Of a stretch of 64,000 nucleotides of DNA, positions 61,302 to 64,000 are shown piece after piece. Source of the stretch: a virus (lineage: Duplodnaviria; Caudoviricetes); IMG/VR virus record IMGVR_UViG_3300036803_000075, positions 1 through 64,000 of that record. The stretch is one strand, 5' to 3'. Within the stretch, counting starts at the first letter, position 1; every line of letters begins with the position of its first letter. The notes beneath the pieces are model-generated. The model made no database searches. It was given only the letters and a program-made list of their open reading frames with translations, and was not told the DNA's origin. A program made the position numbers and the translations under genes.

Positions 61302-63137
61302 CTAGTTGTTGAACGTATTCTGGGCCTTGGCTACCTTGACCGCGCTGTTGAAGATCGGTAGCTCGTTATCACCGAACAGCACGTCCTTGGCGTACCCGCC
61401 CGGTGAGTCCACATAGGAGTTGACGACCGCGCCGGCCACCACCTGCTGAATGCCCACGGCGTACGCGTTGGGAGTAGCCGGGTTGTAACCGCTGTAGTCC
61501 GAGCCATGGAGGAACCGCACCGCGTCCACTCCGGACACGTTGTGGACGGCCTGAATCACATCGGACACCTGGACTACCGAGTCGAATCCGACCTTGGACA
61601 GGTAGGACGCCAGGGCGTCGTCGATACTGGCGTTGACGACCGTCTGGCTGGCCGAGCGATCATAAATAATCGCGAAGGAGAAGCGGAGACCGAAGGCCTT
61701 GGCCTGATGTGCTTTCGCATCGACTCCAGCCAGCCGCCATTTGTCGATGGAGTCCTGGATCGAGGCGATGAGCTGGTTGTAGGTGTAATCCTCACTGAGC
61801 GCGAAGACCGAGTTGTTCGGCGGCAGGTAGCCGCTCGCCACCGACCATTCGACGCCGAAGAGACCATCGGCTGTATAGCCGGTCGCACTGTCGTCATGAA
61901 CGATCTGATACGCGTACTTGGTCGAGCCGACCGTGGTGCCCATAGGGTTGGCTGCTGTAGCCAGGGCATAGGTGACACCACCGATGACGATCGTGGCCGG
62001 AATCGTAATGATGGGACCAAAAGCCAACGGCACGAAGACATTCCCGGAGACCGGATGAGTGCCATCCGGACGTACGTACTTGCCGGTGTAGAACTTCGAG
62101 CTGGTGGAGTTGGTGAACACCACGCTGGTATTGAAGACCACCGACTGGCTAGCCTCTACCGCCCGAGCGCCACCAACCCATACGTCCACCCGGTTGGTGA
62201 TTCCGTTGAGGGGGTCATTACGGGAGGCCTGGGGGCTGTACTCGAAGTCCAGATCCACCAGGGTCCCGTTGGGCATCGCGGTGGCGTTCAGGACATTCAC
62301 CACGGGCGGGACCGAGGTCGTCCAGGACCAGTCGAAGTCCCGGAGGAAAACGACGCCGTTGTCAATGTCCGGCCCCACCGCGACCGGGGAGTCGTAAATA
62401 AAGACCGCGTCCTGCACCTGGCTGGTGGCCGCGCCGGAAGAGATCTGGATCTGCTCTCGGCGGCGCTTAGAGGCACCCAGGACGACCGCAGACGTGCAGT
62501 CGGGGTCATCCAGCGCGACTCCGGTGTACATCTGCTCAGTGCCCGCCATAGAGCGAAAGACGGTCCTTTTAAACCGGTCCCTCAGCTCGGTGTCAGTCTC
62601 CTGGCCGACGCCACCGGTAATCGGGTCGATATTGGTGACAGTCCCAATGCCCTCGATGGGGGTGGCGATAACCGTCAAGGTGTTCGCGGCCAGATTGCTG
62701 TTCGGGCCGGCGTCAATGGCCTGTACGGGCACCGTGACCGAGGTAATGCCCGGCAGCATGATGGCCGGAGTGACCGTCTGTACCGACACGGCCGGATCCA
62801 CATCGGTCGTGCGGACCTCGGTGTTCACCGGCACCAGCGCGGTGGTGGTCAGCGAGGCGCCCATCGTACGAGTGAAGACGACCGTACCGGTGGCCCGCTT
62901 GGCAGCCAGTCGGGCGAGCCCGAAGAGTTGGCAAAAGCTGTCCAGATCCGCGTCGGACTTGGAATCGACATCGTACTGATACGTCAGCAGATGCTGTTCG
63001 TAATAGGCCTCGGAGATCTGTTCGGCTACCGCGTCGATGATCTTGCGAGTGGGCGAGCCGATCGAGGTGTCCAGCTCTGGGTCAGTGATAGCCAGCTCGG
63101 AGCGAATCCGAGAGGCGACAACATCAGCTGAGATCAC
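61302..63137 (-). CDS. baseplate J-like protein
   Basis: LD..GLARLAAKRATGTVVF, TGGVGQETDTELRDR. Confidence 0.88.
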   Translation of the reverse strand: MISADVVASRIRSELAITDPELDTSIGSPTRKIIDAVAEQISEAYYEQHLLTYQYDVDSKSDADLDSFCQLFGLARLAAKRATGTVVFTRTMGASLTTTALVPVNTEVRTTDVDPAVSVQTVTPAIMLPGITSVTVPVQAIDAGPNSNLAANTLTVIATPIEGIGTVTNIDPITGGVGQETDTELRDRFKRTVFRSMAGTEQMYTGVALDDPDCTSAVVLGASKRRREQIQISSGAATSQVQDAVFIYDSPVAVGPDIDNGVVFLRDFDWSWTTSVPPVVNVLNATAMPNGTLVDLDFEYSPQASRNDPLNGITNRVDVWVGGARAVEASQSVVFNTSVVFTNSTSSKFYTGKYVRPDGTHPVSGNVFVPLAFGPIITIPATIVIGGVTYALATAANPMGTTVGSTKYAYQIVHDDSATGYTADGLFGVEWSVASGYLPPNNSVFALSEDYTYNQLIASIQDSIDKWRLAGVDAKAHQAKAFGLRFSFAIIYDRSASQTVVNASIDDALASYLSKVGFDSVVQVSDVIQAVHNVSGVDAVRFLHGSDYSGYNPATPNAYAVGIQQVVAGAVVNSYVDSPGGYAKDVLFGDNELPIFNSAVKVAKAQNTFNN

Positions 63138-63138
63138 G

Positions 63139-63567
63139 TCAGACCGCCACGGTGCGCGAGAGGGTAACGGTCTGATTCGCCTGGGTAGTCAAGCTCACCT
63201 TGACGTAGATGGTATCCACTCCCAGAGTGGCATCTACACCGTTGACCTGCTTCACCACGTCGGTCGTGTCATACCGGCTCATGCTGGAGGACAGTGCGTC
63301 CTTCTGGATCTCAGCGGCCTGGCCGTCTACATAGGCCTGGATCACCCGTGCGGCTTCAGAGATCACCAAGGACTGCAGCTCCGGCCCCACCTGTTCGCCG
63401 ATGTAGTTGGGAAGCAGCGATCCCCACTCAGGATGGAAGCGATCGTCGGAGTAAGGCTCTCCCAAGGCCAAGGCAAGATCCTGACGGATCTTCTTGGTAC
63501 CGGAGATCGTGGCGTGGCCAGCGGGCCCAACCACGAGGTCGCCGTTCTTTAGGGCCAGCGTTTTCAC
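63139..63567 (-). CDS. baseplate wedge subunit (gp25/W-like)
   Basis: FHPEWGS motif; upstream of baseplate J. Confidence 0.8.
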   Translation of the reverse strand: MKTLALKNGDLVVGPAGHATISGTKKIRQDLALALGEPYSDDRFHPEWGSLLPNYIGEQVGPELQSLVISEAARVIQAYVDGQAAEIQKDALSSSMSRYDTTDVVKQVNGVDATLGVDTIYVKVSLTTQANQTVTLSRTVAV

Positions 63568-63576
63568 CGCACCTCC

Positions 63577-63612
63577 TCTACCTCTTCGATGCCCTCACGA
63601 ATGAGCGGACAG
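63577..63612 (-). promoter_or_regulatory. putative late promoter (CTGTCC-N19-GAAGAGGTAGA)
   Basis: Matches 10249-10284 and 33954-33989. Confidence 0.6.
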
Positions 63613-63614
63613 GT

Positions 63615-63968
63615 CTACGCCGTCGTACCGTCTAGAACGATGCCCTGGCTCACCAGGGCCGCCAGCAGGGACAATGTCACCGGGTCCGCAGCCGCTCGGG
63701 AGCCGGTCACCTCAGGAGGCGGTACGGCACTCAAGATCGCCTCAAAGGTCCAGCCGCCCATGATCGACTTGGCGATAATCCAGTGCTCACCTTCTCGCGG
63801 CCAGCTGGCCAGGTTGCGCCGGACGCTCATCGGAACCTGGGTCTCCTGGTTGAACTCATCTCGGCACAGCGCGATGCCAGTAGTCGGGTTCACCTGTTCG
63901 ACCTTGACCTGCTTGGAGAAGATCCCCACCGAGGCGGTGCTGGCCCCTACAACTTGCACAGATCCCAT
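63615..63968 (-). CDS. hypothetical structural protein
   Basis: ORF in the baseplate region. Confidence 0.6.
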   Translation of the reverse strand: MGSVQVVGASTASVGIFSKQVKVEQVNPTTGIALCRDEFNQETQVPMSVRRNLASWPREGEHWIIAKSIMGGWTFEAILSAVPPPEVTGSRAAADPVTLSLLAALVSQGIVLDGTTA

Positions 63969-64000
63969 GGCCTCTTACCCCTTTGTCTTCGACGGCTCAG

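Noticed and set aside
1-64000. Integrase, transposase, intein or group I/II intron
   Set aside because: No such motifs were recognised; terL, dnaE, dnaB and recA appear uninterrupted

Overview
This 64-kb window looks like part of the genome of a large, high-GC actinobacterial myovirus. Gene content and order resemble Mycobacterium cluster C (Bxz1-like) phages; this is inferred from recognised protein motifs, not from a database search. Left to right, mostly on the minus strand: (1) small early genes with a shared promoter/operator motif (GCCAGAGAT); (2) a 1496-aa polyvalent effector protein; (3) terminase large subunit, with a structured ncRNA just downstream; (4) a recombination/replication operon (RuvC, Cas4-like nuclease, RecA, DnaE, SSB, J-domain protein, primase, DnaB, DnaC-like loader, 5'-3' exonuclease); (5) lysis genes and DinG; (6) a Ro60/TROVE gene downstream of a tandem cluster of six Y-RNA-like (YrlA-type) ncRNAs and tRNAs; (7) a plus-strand island at 43.5-52 kb; (8) tail fibre and baseplate genes. 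The stand-out feature is in the plus-strand island (48107-51470). A stand-alone RAMP/Cas7-like protein and a winged-helix protein sit inside an array of 14 non-coding tracts built from phased GGY-NN pentamers (214 by manual count), with constant GGY and variable NN. The tracts are separated by 13 miniature tRNA-like elements of about 41 nt plus one real tRNA-Ile. This looks like a CRISPR-independent, RNA-guided system whose guides are cut out by host tRNA-processing enzymes. Also notable: a GGQ release-factor-like gene with an in-frame UGA at codon 4 of an apparently leaderless mRNA, and a Ro60-binding-like hairpin abutting the Ro60 ribosome-binding site.
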